Shown in pieces: positions 10,288-20,504 of a DNA stretch of 64,000 nucleotides. The notes below the pieces were generated by a model. It worked only from the letters and a program-made list of their open reading frames with translations, was not told the DNA's origin and searched no databases. The translations under genes were made by a program, and so were the position numbers. The DNA is taken from assembly GCA_023250195.1 (NCBI GenBank), contig JAHFBF010000001.1, forward strand, positions 406,661 to 470,660, in the 5' to 3' direction. Source of the stretch: Candidatus Melainabacteria bacterium. GTDB lineage: Bacteria > Cyanobacteriota > Vampirovibrionia > 2-02-FULL-35-15. Every line of letters starts with the position of its first letter. The first letter of the stretch is position 1.

Positions 10288-10656
10288 ATGGCAGATATCT
10301 TAATTTATATTGTCATTGGGTTAGTTGCAGGAATATTAAGTGGTTTAATTGGAATTGGTGGTGGGATTATAATTATTCCTGCTCTGGTTTTATTAGTGGG
10401 TCTCTCTCAACACGAAGCCCAGGGAACCACATTGGCAATGATGATTCCACCAATTGGAATCTTTGCTGCATGGACATATTATAAAAGTGGTTATGTAAAC
10501 CTGCCAATTGCAATTTTTTTATGTGTTGGGTTTTTATTCGGGGGATTGATTGGAGCAAAGATAGCCACAAGCGCCTCCTCAATAGTTTTACAAAAAGTAT
10601 TTGGCACAGCATTACTTTTAGTCGCTTTGAAAATGGTTTTTTTTAGTAAAATTTAA
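10288..10656 (+). CDS. short TauE/SafE-like (DUF81) membrane protein
   Basis: RBS AAGGAG; four predicted TM segments; N-terminal GxxxGxxSGxxGIGGGxxxxPAL motif typical of the TauE/SafE family. Confidence 0.55.
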   Translation: MADILIYIVIGLVAGILSGLIGIGGGIIIIPALVLLVGLSQHEAQGTTLAMMIPPIGIFAAWTYYKSGYVNLPIAIFLCVGFLFGGLIGAKIATSASSIVLQKVFGTALLLVALKMVFFSKI

Positions 10657-10707
10657 ACCTATTGTATAATTGAGCTTGTGATTTTTACATAAAGGAGATA
10701 GAACAAA

Positions 10708-11178
10708 ATGATTAAGAACTTTCTAATTTTAAATTTTTTAGTAATATCTTTAGTTTTAACAGGCATTTTGACTTCAAATGCAACAGCAGAAATTAAAAAA
10801 GAGGTTAAAAAAATGCAAAAGACAGATGAAATAACTACACCCAGTGGACTAAAGTATATAGATAAAGTTGTTGGAACCGGTAAATCACCAACTAAAGGAC
10901 AAACAGTAACAGTACATTACACAGGATGGCTTAATAACAATGGAGAAAAAGGGAAGCAATTTGACAGTTCTGTAGATCACGGACAACCCTTCCAATTTAC
11001 AATCGGCGTTGGCCAGGTAATAAAAGGTTGGGATGAAGGTGTAAGCACAATGAAAATAGGTGGAGAAAGAGAATTAATTATCCCTTCATTGCTTGCATAT
11101 GGAGAACGAGGAGCTGGCGGTGATATTCCTCCAAATGCAACTTTAATTTTTAACGTTAAGCTTTTAGGGGTGAAATAA
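10708..11178 (+). CDS. FKBP-type peptidyl-prolyl cis-trans isomerase, secreted
   Basis: RBS AAGGAG; signal peptide; canonical FKBP core VTVHYTGWLNNNGEKGKQFDSS...PFQFTIGVGQVIKGWDEGVSTMKIGGERELIIPSLLAYGERGAGGDIPPNATLIFNVKLL. Confidence 0.9.
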   Translation: MIKNFLILNFLVISLVLTGILTSNATAEIKKEVKKMQKTDEITTPSGLKYIDKVVGTGKSPTKGQTVTVHYTGWLNNNGEKGKQFDSSVDHGQPFQFTIGVGQVIKGWDEGVSTMKIGGERELIIPSLLAYGERGAGGDIPPNATLIFNVKLLGVK

Positions 11179-11360
11179 ATCGATTAAGGACATCTTTACC
11201 AGGATTAATTTTAGTATTACGCCTAGTTTTTTGTGTATTGATAACATTTATCCTGCACTTTACTTATAATTTCATTAGGGATTAATTAGAAACCCTGCTT
11301 ATTTATAAGCGTCAGTCTATTTAGAAATAACTAAAAAATATTTTTTATGAGGTGATAAAT

Positions 11361-12335
11361 ATGAGATTCGTAAATTCTTTACTAGCAATAATTTTAATCG
11401 GTCAGTTAGCTTGTTTTTTACCAGCTTCTGCAAGGCCAGGCGAAGTCATTGGCAGCGTGTTAAAAAAATATGACTTAGAAGGACAAAAACCTACTACACA
11501 GGGAGATTATGTTTTATATAAAGTCACAAGCAAATTTGTTTCACAACCCACATTGTTTTTTAAAGTAGGCGCAAATGGAATTGTACTTGAAGAGAATTTC
11601 CTTTTTGACAAAAACACTGTTCACGAAAAAGATGTTCAACGATCAAAAAACGATTCACTTCCTACAGTCAGTATTCCACATGCTTTTTATTTAGTAGGCG
11701 ATTTTTCACAATTGCCAAGAGAACAATTCAATACAAAATCCAAAGCAATTGGAGCTGTAGCTGCTCCGTTTGGTGCAGCAGTTGGTACTATTACAGGAGC
11801 TGGAAAAGGTTTAGTTGAAGGTACAAAAATTGGAGTGCAGACTGCAAATTCAGCAAGCAGAGCATTAGGTGGTGATATTTCAGGAAAAGCAGGAGCCTGG
11901 GCTTCATCTGCTACAGCAGTAGCAACCGGTGCAGTTACCGGTCTTTTTGCAGGTTTTACTGGTGGAGCTGTTGAAGGTTCTGTCCGTGGCGCTAGAGTTG
12001 CAGTTGAAGGAATAGCCGGTGCAGACAGGCAAATTACCGGAGTTACATCTGCTACTTCTAACTACGTAGTTATTGGTGGAAGAATTGGAAAAGAACTAAC
12101 CCCTGAAGAGCAAAAGTCACTTTTAGAAGAGTTGTCCAAACTGGAACAAAGTAGACTTGCCGGACTAAATCCAGAAGACTTAAATAAGGATTTAGCTATC
12201 AATAAACCTGATGAAAACTCCGAAGACCTGAATAAATTAAAAGATTTTGATTCTGCAAAGGATAAAGGCTTTGACAGTGATTCAAACTATCTCTCAGAAG
12301 ATGCAGCAAATAAAAACGTTGCCGGAATGTGGTAG
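11361..12335 (+). CDS. hypothetical secreted Gly/Ala-rich protein
   Basis: ATG at 11361 preceded by GAGGTGA RBS (the ORF-track start at 11352 is GTG); signal peptide; Gly/Ala/Thr-rich central region; no recognisable catalytic motif. Confidence 0.5.
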   Translation: MRFVNSLLAIILIGQLACFLPASARPGEVIGSVLKKYDLEGQKPTTQGDYVLYKVTSKFVSQPTLFFKVGANGIVLEENFLFDKNTVHEKDVQRSKNDSLPTVSIPHAFYLVGDFSQLPREQFNTKSKAIGAVAAPFGAAVGTITGAGKGLVEGTKIGVQTANSASRALGGDISGKAGAWASSATAVATGAVTGLFAGFTGGAVEGSVRGARVAVEGIAGADRQITGVTSATSNYVVIGGRIGKELTPEEQKSLLEELSKLEQSRLAGLNPEDLNKDLAINKPDENSEDLNKLKDFDSAKDKGFDSDSNYLSEDAANKNVAGMW

Positions 12336-12397
12336 TACTAGAGACCCGGTTAGAGACTAGGAACTAGAGGGAATAAAAGACTAGAAAAAGGAGTTTT

Positions 12398-13120
12398 ATG
12401 AGAAGGATATTAATAGCTTTAGTATTACTAACAGTTATTCAAATACCTGCACTTGCTTTGAGGAATTTAAATGAAAACTACGAGCTTGTGTTAAACGTAG
12501 CTGCTAAAAAACTCGTTCTTTATACTAATGGAGAAGCCACAAAAGAATATCCCGTAGGAGTTGGCGCATCGCTAACACCAACACCACTTGGTGTTTTTAA
12601 AGTCGTAAGAAGAATTTATAACCCAGCCTGGGTAAATCCTTACAGACAGTCAAAAGTAATAGCACCAGGTGAAAAAAATCCAATTGGTCAACACTGGCTT
12701 GGATTTGCAATGAATAAAAAGACCCAGGAGTATGGATTTCATGCCACAAGCGACTTAAGTTCAATTGGAAGAGCAAGCACACATGGTTGTATAAGATTAC
12801 ATCCTGACGATATGAAAGAACTTTTTAATCTTGTAATGGTTGGTACAACAGTTCACGTAATTTATAATCCAATTGAAGTTAAAGAGTTCCAGAATAAACT
12901 TTTTGTAAGAGCATATCCAGATATTTATGGCTATATGACAGAAGAAGAATATTTAAAGTTTGCAAAAAATCAATTAAGCGGTGCAAATCTTGTAAAAGAA
13001 GAAAACCTTTATAAAGCAATTGCAAGCAAGGATGCAAAAGATTATTTTATTGGTTGGACTGGTGCTGATGTACTAAATGAGCAGGAAACAGGACCAACTG
13101 AAAAAGGGAAGTTACAATGA
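12398..13120 (+). CDS. L,D-transpeptidase (YkuD domain)
   Basis: RBS AAGGAG; signal peptide; catalytic His/Cys motif GFHATSDLSSIGRASTHGCIRLHPDD. Confidence 0.85.
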   Translation: MRRILIALVLLTVIQIPALALRNLNENYELVLNVAAKKLVLYTNGEATKEYPVGVGASLTPTPLGVFKVVRRIYNPAWVNPYRQSKVIAPGEKNPIGQHWLGFAMNKKTQEYGFHATSDLSSIGRASTHGCIRLHPDDMKELFNLVMVGTTVHVIYNPIEVKEFQNKLFVRAYPDIYGYMTEEEYLKFAKNQLSGANLVKEENLYKAIASKDAKDYFIGWTGADVLNEQETGPTEKGKLQ

Positions 13121-14557
13121 CGTGGAAAGACTAACTTTCCCTTCAAACAAATTCTGTCCGCTTTTTAACATCTTTTCAACAAATTCCTTACTTCTTCCTT
13201 CGCTGTAAATTCTTAGTAATGGCTCCGTCCCAGAAGCTCTAAAAAGCAGCCAGCTATCATCTTCAAAAACCAGTTTAGCTCCGTCAAGAGCTTGCAGCTC
13301 TTTTACTTTTGCATTGTTAACTTCTTTAGGAGGAGCTAATTTAATTTTTTCTACAAAATCAATTCCAATTTGACTGCTTAGAATATGAAGGTCAACTCGA
13401 TCATAATAAAAAGCTCCAAACTCATCATGTATTTTTTTCACAAGCTGGCTTGGCTTTAATCCAAACGAATTAACTGCTTCAAGTAAAAGTAGTGCATTAA
13501 ATATACCGTCTCTCTCGGGTATAAAATGCAGCTTTGAACCAATACCATTAGCTTCTTCCCCACCAATTAAAATATCTTCCTTTATCATTAAATCTGCTAT
13601 GTGTTTAAACCCAATTGGCACCTCATAAACTTTAAATCCATATTTTTGAGCCATTTTTTTCACAAGGACACTCTGTGAAAAAGTAACTACTACACCACCG
13701 GAAAGTTTTTTCTTTTCAACCAGGTAATAAAGCAAAATTGCCAGTAATTTATGTGTATTTAAATATTCGCCATTTTCATCCACTGCTCCTACACGATCAG
13801 CATCACCATCAGTTGCTAAGCCCATTAAAGCCCTGCTTTTAAGAACTTCATCTGAAAGAGGTAAAAGCTGCGGCATCATAGGCTCAGGATTAACACCGCC
13901 AAAATTAACGTCAATATCTCCTCTAATTGTTTTTACCTTAATTTTCCCATTTTTCAAAAATGATTCTATATAATCACCACCTGTGCCATGCATAGAATCT
14001 ACAATTACAGTTTCATTTATATTTTTTAGCTTATCTAGATCAATTGTCTTTTTTATAAAGCCAGAATAATCCTTGGAAGGATCTATAGTTGAGGCAGGTT
14101 TAAAACCTGCCTTTACATCTACCTCAACAGATATATTACTTAATCTTTTCTCTATAAGATCAGTATAACTTTTTGATGCTGAACAACCATCTGGAAGTTT
14201 AATTTTAAAACCAGAAAAATTGGGGGGATTATGACTTGCAGTAATTACTATTCCAGAAACAGCATTTTGTTTTTTAACATCAAAAGAGACCATTGGAGTA
14301 GGAACATCTTTGTTATAAAGACTCACATTCAATCCCTTTTCAGAAAAAATCAAGGCAGCACGTTCAGCAAATTCCCTGCCAAGGAATCTTCTGTCATAAC
14401 CAATAAAAACAAGATTATTTAATTTTTTATTCTTATCTAAATCTTCTAAAAACTGATCTGCACATACATTGGATACAAGTTCTACATTTTCAAATGTAAA
14501 ATCCTCTGCTATTACCCCTCGCCACCCATCAGTGCCAAATTTAATCCCTTTTACCAT
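13112..14557 (-). CDS. phosphomannomutase/phosphoglucomutase (alpha-D-phosphohexomutase family)
   Basis: N-terminal GTDGWRG; active-site phosphoserine loop TASHNPPNFSGFK; metal-binding DGDADR; GGEEANG sugar-binding loop. Confidence 0.85.
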   Translation of the reverse strand: MVKGIKFGTDGWRGVIAEDFTFENVELVSNVCADQFLEDLDKNKKLNNLVFIGYDRRFLGREFAERAALIFSEKGLNVSLYNKDVPTPMVSFDVKKQNAVSGIVITASHNPPNFSGFKIKLPDGCSASKSYTDLIEKRLSNISVEVDVKAGFKPASTIDPSKDYSGFIKKTIDLDKLKNINETVIVDSMHGTGGDYIESFLKNGKIKVKTIRGDIDVNFGGVNPEPMMPQLLPLSDEVLKSRALMGLATDGDADRVGAVDENGEYLNTHKLLAILLYYLVEKKKLSGGVVVTFSQSVLVKKMAQKYGFKVYEVPIGFKHIADLMIKEDILIGGEEANGIGSKLHFIPERDGIFNALLLLEAVNSFGLKPSQLVKKIHDEFGAFYYDRVDLHILSSQIGIDFVEKIKLAPPKEVNNAKVKELQALDGAKLVFEDDSWLLFRASGTEPLLRIYSEGRSKEFVEKMLKSGQNLFEGKVSLSTSL

Positions 14558-14573
14558 GGATTAAATATTAACA

Positions 14574-14608
14574 CAGCGTAGAGACACAGTTACCGCGTCT
14601 CTACGCTG
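14574..14608 (-). terminator. 12-bp stem hairpin overlapping the stop of 14601..14894
   Basis: CAGCGTAGAGAC-N11-GTCTCTACGCTG between the LuxR-type gene and the PMM gene start. Confidence 0.4.
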
Positions 14609-14894
14609 TCTTTACTTCTTGTTCTTTTTTCTTTTCAACAGCGGAACTTAATAATCCGGAATAGATTGCAATTGCTGTAGCCTGTGATCTATTTGAGATT
14701 TTTAATTTTATAAAAATACTTGAAATATGATTTCTCACAGTTGAAGGACTTAATATTAAGCATTCAGATATTTGCTTATTAGTCTTTCCTTGTCCAAGAT
14801 GAACCAAAACCTCTTTCTCTCTGTTTGTTATAGGAAGATTAGACAGCCTATCTACAAAACTTAAATCCATAACATCGTTTTCTTTTATGCCCAT
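14601..14894 (-). CDS. LuxR/GerE-family HTH transcriptional regulator (single-domain)
   Basis: C-terminal LuxR-type HTH: REKEVLVHLGQGKTNKQISECLILSPSTVRNHISSIFIKLKISNRSQATAIAI. Confidence 0.8.
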   Translation of the reverse strand: MGIKENDVMDLSFVDRLSNLPITNREKEVLVHLGQGKTNKQISECLILSPSTVRNHISSIFIKLKISNRSQATAIAIYSGLLSSAVEKKKEQEVKTA

Positions 14895-15279
14895 ACTTCC
14901 CCCCTTGCTTTTCCTCGAACATTATCAAACTTTAGTGACTATAATAACTATTAATGTTAGAACCTTAGATTTAAGAACAGACTAAGATTCTATACCCAAG
15001 TAAAATTTCCTTTACAATCTTTATAAAGTTTTTAGATTGTTGAAATATTTTATATAGAAAAAATATATTGTCAAAAATTTGTTTATGTTGAATGGTTTTC
15101 ATAGTATTAAATACCCAATAATAAAAATATTGACTTATATTTTTCAAATTTACTTTTTATCAAATAACAGTGCCATGACAATCATACTATTGACATATTA
15201 AGTTTTAAATTTCAAGGAACAAAAAATTTATGTCAAACAAATCATGACAAAATTATTTATTTAAGACTTATCTGCCTGA

Positions 15280-15579
15280 TTAATTTACTGCAGGCACCGG
15301 TTCATCTTTTTCAAATGGACTTAGATTCAATAGACCTGCATAAATAGCTATTGCTGTAGCTTGAGATCTATTAGAAATATTTAATTTATTAAATATACTG
15401 GATATATGATTTCTAACAGTAGAAGAACTCAACACCAGCACTTGGGATATTTGTTTGTTCGTCTTGCCTTGAGCAAGGTGAACTAATATTTCTTTTTCCC
15501 TTTTAGTAATTGGTAGCTCAGTTATTCTGTTTACAAATCCAAGATCGAGAAGAGGACTTTCTTTTAATTGTAATTCCAT
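15280..15579 (-). CDS. LuxR/GerE-family HTH transcriptional regulator (paralog of 14601..14894)
   Basis: REKEILVHLAQGKTNKQISQVLVLSSSTVRNHISSIFNKLNISNRSQATAIAIY, nearly identical HTH to the neighbour. Confidence 0.8.
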   Translation of the reverse strand: MELQLKESPLLDLGFVNRITELPITKREKEILVHLAQGKTNKQISQVLVLSSSTVRNHISSIFNKLNISNRSQATAIAIYAGLLNLSPFEKDEPVPAVN

Positions 15580-15755
15580 TATATTTCTCCTTATTTCTGC
15601 CTGCCCTGACCTTAATACTAAAAAACTATGTTTAAGGCAGCGCTAAGATATCAAACTTTTTATTTATTCCTGGAATATTTCTAATTTAATGCTTTTAAAT
15701 TAATTTTTTAATCAAAAGTTAACAAAATAAACACTCAAAGTTATAATTAATCTGC

Positions 15756-17468
15756 ATGCCAAAAGAAAAAGACGAAAAGCCTACCAAAGAAGAGCAAATA
15801 AAAGAAAACAGTGACTACTTACGTGGCACTATAAAAGAAGAATTAGCAAAAGATTCTTCTCGTTTCGATGAAATAAATACAAAACTTTTAAAATTTCATG
15901 GTATTTACCAGCAGGATAATAGAGACACAAGACAGGAAAGAATAGCAAATAAGCTTGAAAAAGAATATTCTTTCATGATTCGTACAAAACTTCCTGCAGG
16001 GGAGCTGACTTCCAGGCAATATATTGCCTTAAATGAAATCTGTGACAAATACACAAATAAGACTCTCAGACTTACAACCCGCCAGACAATTCAATTTCAC
16101 GGAACTATCAAAGGTAATTTACATAAAACATTAAACGAAATAAATAAAACTTTAATTCTTACTTATGGTGCATGTGGTGATGTAGTAAGAAATATAATGG
16201 CTTGTCCGGTTTGTGATATTGATTCTGAATATTCAGTTAACCTGGCCGAGATAGCAAAAACAATTTCAGATCATTTACTGCCAAATACAAGATCATATTA
16301 CGAAGTCTGGATTAATGAAGAAAAAATCGACCTTGATGATAAAAAAGAAGAAGAACCTCTCTATGGAAAGACCTATTTGCCAAGAAAATTTAAAATTGGA
16401 CTTGCTTTGCCGCAGGATAACTGCATTGATGTGTTTACACAGGATATAGGTCTTGTAGGGATTACAGAGGAACCTGTCATTGCGAGGAGCAAAGCGACGA
16501 AGCAATCTGCTGACGCTACACGAAATGACGTGAAACTATTAGGCTTCAATCTCCTTATCGGCGGCGGACTTGGACATCATCACAACAAACCAGAGACATA
16601 CCCACGATTAGCAAGCGAGCTTGGTTTTATTACACCAGAGAAGTTAGTTGATACTCTTAAAAAAATAGTAACTATTCAAAGAGATTATGGCAGTAGAACA
16701 AATAGAAAACATGCCAGAATGAAATATTTAATTGATGATAAAGGGCTTGACTGGTTTAAAACAGAATTAGAAAAGAGAACAGGGGCCAAATTAGAATCAC
16801 CAAAAAAGATTACAGAATACAAAATGTGTGACCATCTTGGATGGAACAGACAGAGGTCAGAGGTCAGAGATCAGAGATCAGAAAACAGAGATCAGAAAAC
16901 AGAAGAAAAAAGTGATTTATGGTATTTAGGATTATTTATTGAAAATGGAAGGATTACTGATACTAATAAAAGACAAATAAAAACTGGATTACGGGAAATA
17001 GTTGAAAAATTTGAGCCTGGCATCCGATTAACCCCACATCAAAATGTCGTTTTAACAAACATAAAAGAAGAAAACAAAAGTAAAATAAATGAACTTCTGG
17101 CAAAGTATAAAATTTACACAAAAGAAACCGTTTCACAATTACGAAGAAATTCAATGGCATGTCCTGCCCTGCCTACATGCGGACTTGCACTGGCTGAGGC
17201 TGAGAGAACACTGCCGGATATAATTGATAAACTTGAAAAACTTGGATTTGGCAATGAAAGAGTATCCATCAGAATGAGCGGCTGTCCAAACTCATGTTCC
17301 CGTCCACCAGTAGCAGAAATTGGAATTATTGGAATGAGTGCAGATAAATACAATATTTATACAGGTGGAGACTTTGAAGGAACCAAATTAAACAAATTAT
17401 TCAAAGAAAATATTTTAGGCGAGAAGGTTGCTTCTGAACTAGCTTTAATACTAAAGAACAAGCAATAA
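15756..17468 (+). CDS. cysI: sulfite reductase hemoprotein (siroheme/4Fe-4S), CysI-like
   Basis: N-terminal LRGTIKEEL...KFHGIYQQDNRDTRQER...SFMIRTKLPAG...RLTTRQTIQFHG matches CysI/NirA; Cys cluster CPALPTCGLA and GCPNSCSRP for the siroheme-[4Fe-4S] site. An NirA-type assignment cannot be excluded. Confidence 0.8.
   Translation: MPKEKDEKPTKEEQIKENSDYLRGTIKEELAKDSSRFDEINTKLLKFHGIYQQDNRDTRQERIANKLEKEYSFMIRTKLPAGELTSRQYIALNEICDKYTNKTLRLTTRQTIQFHGTIKGNLHKTLNEINKTLILTYGACGDVVRNIMACPVCDIDSEYSVNLAEIAKTISDHLLPNTRSYYEVWINEEKIDLDDKKEEEPLYGKTYLPRKFKIGLALPQDNCIDVFTQDIGLVGITEEPVIARSKATKQSADATRNDVKLLGFNLLIGGGLGHHHNKPETYPRLASELGFITPEKLVDTLKKIVTIQRDYGSRTNRKHARMKYLIDDKGLDWFKTELEKRTGAKLESPKKITEYKMCDHLGWNRQRSEVRDQRSENRDQKTEEKSDLWYLGLFIENGRITDTNKRQIKTGLREIVEKFEPGIRLTPHQNVVLTNIKEENKSKINELLAKYKIYTKETVSQLRRNSMACPALPTCGLALAEAERTLPDIIDKLEKLGFGNERVSIRMSGCPNSCSRPPVAEIGIIGMSADKYNIYTGGDFEGTKLNKLFKENILGEKVASELALILKNKQ
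16849..16906 (+). repeat. tandem heptamer-like repeat (CAGAGRT/CAGAAAA) translated in-frame inside cysI
   Basis: CAGAGGTCAGAGGTCAGAGATCAGAGATCAGAAAACAGAGATCAGAAAACAG encodes RQRSEVRDQRSENRDQKTEE, an apparent insertion relative to the CysI core around HLGW...LFIENGRI. Confidence 0.7.
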
Positions 17469-17538
17469 ACTTTTAATCTATATTACAAATTAAACTTGAG
17501 GTAGAATTTAACGCAGGTTAGCTTAAAAGGAGATCAAA

Positions 17539-18846
17539 ATGCTTATAAGAATATTAATTATTTTATCAATGATTTTAGGGAATTGTTTTTCATTACAAGC
17601 AAATGCACAGAATGAAAATCTAAGTCAGCCAATTCCTGGACAATTTATAGTTAAGTTTAAAGATCAAAAAGGAAATGCCTCAGATAAAATAGGCAATCTG
17701 GAAAAAAAGCATGGTGCAATGACAGATAATGTTTTTGAGAACTCATTTAAAGGAGCAACTATACATGTGCCTCCTGGAAAAGAAAAAGATGTAGCAAATG
17801 ATCCAGATGTTGCACAATTAGTTCAGGACTTTACTGTTTATGCAGTAGACAGAAATAACCATGATGACCATGGTTCACCAGAAATAGAAGCAAATGGAAT
17901 GTCAAGTGCTTCTATGGGTGGAGCACCAGCTCAGGTAATCCCCACAGGAATTAACTGGATTGATGCTGAATTAAATACTACAAATGAAGGTAATGGAGTA
18001 ACAGTAGCTGTACTGGATACAGGAATTGATTTTAACCATCCTGATCTTATGGTGAACACATTTCTAAGCAGAGATTTTTCCGGTGACAATACCGGTGGAA
18101 ATGATAATAATAGAAGTATTGGCGGACATGGTACACATTGTGCAGGTGTTATTGCTGCACTGGATAACTCAATAGGTGTATTAGGCACAGGATCTAAAAT
18201 TACTCTTGTCTCAGTAAAAGTTTTAAGAAGTTCCGGCATTGGGAGTTTTAGCGGCATTATAGCCGGACTTGACTATGTTACTGCAAACGCAGGTACCATA
18301 GCAGTTACAAATTCAAGCTTTGGAGCAAATGGAGGGATAAATCCATCTCAGAGCTATTTAGATGCAGTAAATCTTTTACACGCAGCCTATCAAAGAGCAG
18401 CAAATGCAGGAGTAGTAAATGTAGTCGCTGCAGGAAATGAATCCGTAAATGTCACCACAAACAATTGTGCTCCAGCAATGTACCCGGAAGTAATTACAGT
18501 ATCAGCAGTAAGCGACAGCAATGGTATTCAGGATAGTGCTGATACATGGGCATACTTTAGTAACTTTGGAACTGAAGTAGACATTATTGCACCAGGAGTA
18601 AATATTCTTTCAACAGCTCTTGGTGGCGGATATAGTTCTCTTTCCGGTACAAGTTTTTCATCACCATATGTAGCCGGGACAGTAGCTCTTTATATTTCAA
18701 AGAATGGCAGACCAGCAAATGGAAATGCACAACTTTTAAGTTCACTTATAAGTACGATTTCAAAGACACGCTCTCCACTTCCAAGTGAACCATCCGATGG
18801 ATATACAGAACCTTCCTGTTACGCTAATGGAGCAGGTTTAAAGTAA
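17539..18846 (+). CDS. secreted subtilisin-like serine protease (peptidase S8)
   Basis: RBS AAGGAG; signal peptide; catalytic triad motifs VAVLDTGID (Asp), GHGTHCAGVIAA (His), GTSFSSPYVAG (Ser). Confidence 0.9.
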   Translation: MLIRILIILSMILGNCFSLQANAQNENLSQPIPGQFIVKFKDQKGNASDKIGNLEKKHGAMTDNVFENSFKGATIHVPPGKEKDVANDPDVAQLVQDFTVYAVDRNNHDDHGSPEIEANGMSSASMGGAPAQVIPTGINWIDAELNTTNEGNGVTVAVLDTGIDFNHPDLMVNTFLSRDFSGDNTGGNDNNRSIGGHGTHCAGVIAALDNSIGVLGTGSKITLVSVKVLRSSGIGSFSGIIAGLDYVTANAGTIAVTNSSFGANGGINPSQSYLDAVNLLHAAYQRAANAGVVNVVAAGNESVNVTTNNCAPAMYPEVITVSAVSDSNGIQDSADTWAYFSNFGTEVDIIAPGVNILSTALGGGYSSLSGTSFSSPYVAGTVALYISKNGRPANGNAQLLSSLISTISKTRSPLPSEPSDGYTEPSCYANGAGLK

Positions 18847-18889
18847 GCATTATTTGCAACATTTCCTTTTCTCCAATGTCTCATAATAC

Positions 18890-20161
18890 ATGAGTATTGT
18901 TGAAAATATTACCCGTGCGTTTAAACATAAAAATTACAGAAATTTTTTTTTCTGGCAGTTCTTATCATTTACTGGGACATGGCTTCAAAATACTGCACAA
19001 AGCTGGCTTATATATCGCCTAACTGGCTCTGCTTTATTTTTAGGTCTGGTTAGCTTTGCAAGTTCATTGCCTGCATTAATACTTGCACCAATATCCGGAG
19101 TAACTGCCGATCGGTTTAACAGAAGAGATATACTGCTTACAACCCAAATATTATGCGTAATACAGGGAGTAATTTTGTCAGCGTTGTTTTTTAGTGGCCA
19201 TATAAACAAATGGCAGATTTTAATTCTTGCGATTTTTCTTGGCATGGCAAATTCTTTTGATGTTACAGCCAGACAAACATTTATTCCGCTTCTTGTTACA
19301 AAAGGCGATCTTTTAAATGCAATTGCACTTAATTCATCCATGTTTAATGCAGCCAGAATCATCGGTCCGGCACTTGCCGGAATATTAATATCAAAATACG
19401 GTGAAGGCGTTTGTTTTATTTTAAATGTACTTAGTTATTTGCCTTTTATTGTATTTTTATTTCTTGTAAACATAAAAGAACAAAAAGCAAAAGAGTTTAC
19501 ATCTTCATTAGCACATTTAAAAGAAGGTATTTCATTTGCCTGGAATGCACTGCCTATAAGAAATTTGCTTCTTTTACTTGGCATATATAGTCTTTTCGGT
19601 ATGTCATTTACAACCTTAATGCCGATTTTCAGCGATCAGATATTACATAAAGGAGCAAAAGGACTTGGAATATTAATGGGAGCATCAGGGATTGGTGCTG
19701 TAGTTGGAGCATTGTTTTTAGCATCCAGAGAAAAGGTTCTTGGCATAAAAAAAATAATTGCTCTCTGCAGTGTAGTATCAAGCATTTGTATCTTTATTTT
19801 TGCTTTTTCAAAAATATATTTGCTTTCAATCTCACTCCTAACCATAATAGGATTCTGTTCAATCATAATAATCTCAGGCAGCAATACTGCAATGCAGGCA
19901 ATGTCTCCTGACAACTTGCGAGGAAGAGTTATCGGGCTTTTTTCAATGATGTTTATGGGAATATTTCCGCTTGGCAGTTTAACTGTAGGCTTTTTAGCAC
20001 ACATGTTAGGTGCACCAATAGCTGTCTCAATCGGAGCTGTGATTTGCTTCTTGATGGCAATATATTTTTCAATGAAAGTTCCAATGTTGACTAAAAAAGC
20101 TAAGGAGCTGATTTGCACACAGGAAAGAGCAGGTATTGTAATAGAAGAACAGATTAGTTAA
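18890..20161 (+). CDS. MFS transporter
   Basis: 12-TM hydropathy pattern; loop 2-3 motif GVTADRFNRRDILL typical of major facilitator superfamily. Confidence 0.85.
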   Translation: MSIVENITRAFKHKNYRNFFFWQFLSFTGTWLQNTAQSWLIYRLTGSALFLGLVSFASSLPALILAPISGVTADRFNRRDILLTTQILCVIQGVILSALFFSGHINKWQILILAIFLGMANSFDVTARQTFIPLLVTKGDLLNAIALNSSMFNAARIIGPALAGILISKYGEGVCFILNVLSYLPFIVFLFLVNIKEQKAKEFTSSLAHLKEGISFAWNALPIRNLLLLLGIYSLFGMSFTTLMPIFSDQILHKGAKGLGILMGASGIGAVVGALFLASREKVLGIKKIIALCSVVSSICIFIFAFSKIYLLSISLLTIIGFCSIIIISGSNTAMQAMSPDNLRGRVIGLFSMMFMGIFPLGSLTVGFLAHMLGAPIAVSIGAVICFLMAIYFSMKVPMLTKKAKELICTQERAGIVIEEQIS

Positions 20162-20454
20162 GTTTTTTTCAATTCTAATTTTATACTTGCTAATTCTGAC
20201 AAGACTCTATCCATCTTATTTTCAAGTCTATCAACTCTCTTTTCAACAGATCCAATTTTTTCGCCAAGAGAACCTATACTTTTATCCATGGATGTCAGTC
20301 CAAAGCTGTTCCATGATGTGGCCAAAAAAATTGAAAGCATAATCGGTAAAGTCATCTGAATAAATGGAGTATTTTTCCAATTTTCAAGGAATCCAACCTT
20401 TAACTCTAAAGCTTTTACTCTTTGTTCAATAGGATCAATCATAGCTTTATTCAT
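20158..20454 (-). CDS. hypothetical small membrane/coiled-coil protein
   Basis: ORF only; one hydrophobic segment flanked by heptad-like charged regions. Confidence 0.35.
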   Translation of the reverse strand: MNKAMIDPIEQRVKALELKVGFLENWKNTPFIQMTLPIMLSIFLATSWNSFGLTSMDKSIGSLGEKIGSVEKRVDRLENKMDRVLSELASIKLELKKT

Positions 20455-20504
20455 AATTATACCTTCATAATACAGATCTGATAGAAGCGCGATAAATCGC
20501 GCTT

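Noticed and set aside
17539-20161. Subtilisin plus MFS transporter as a peptide (lantibiotic-like) processing/export pair
   Set aside because: No precursor peptide, LanB/C/M-type enzyme or ABC transporter nearby; both genes have generic features and independent RBS, so the adjacency is probably coincidental.
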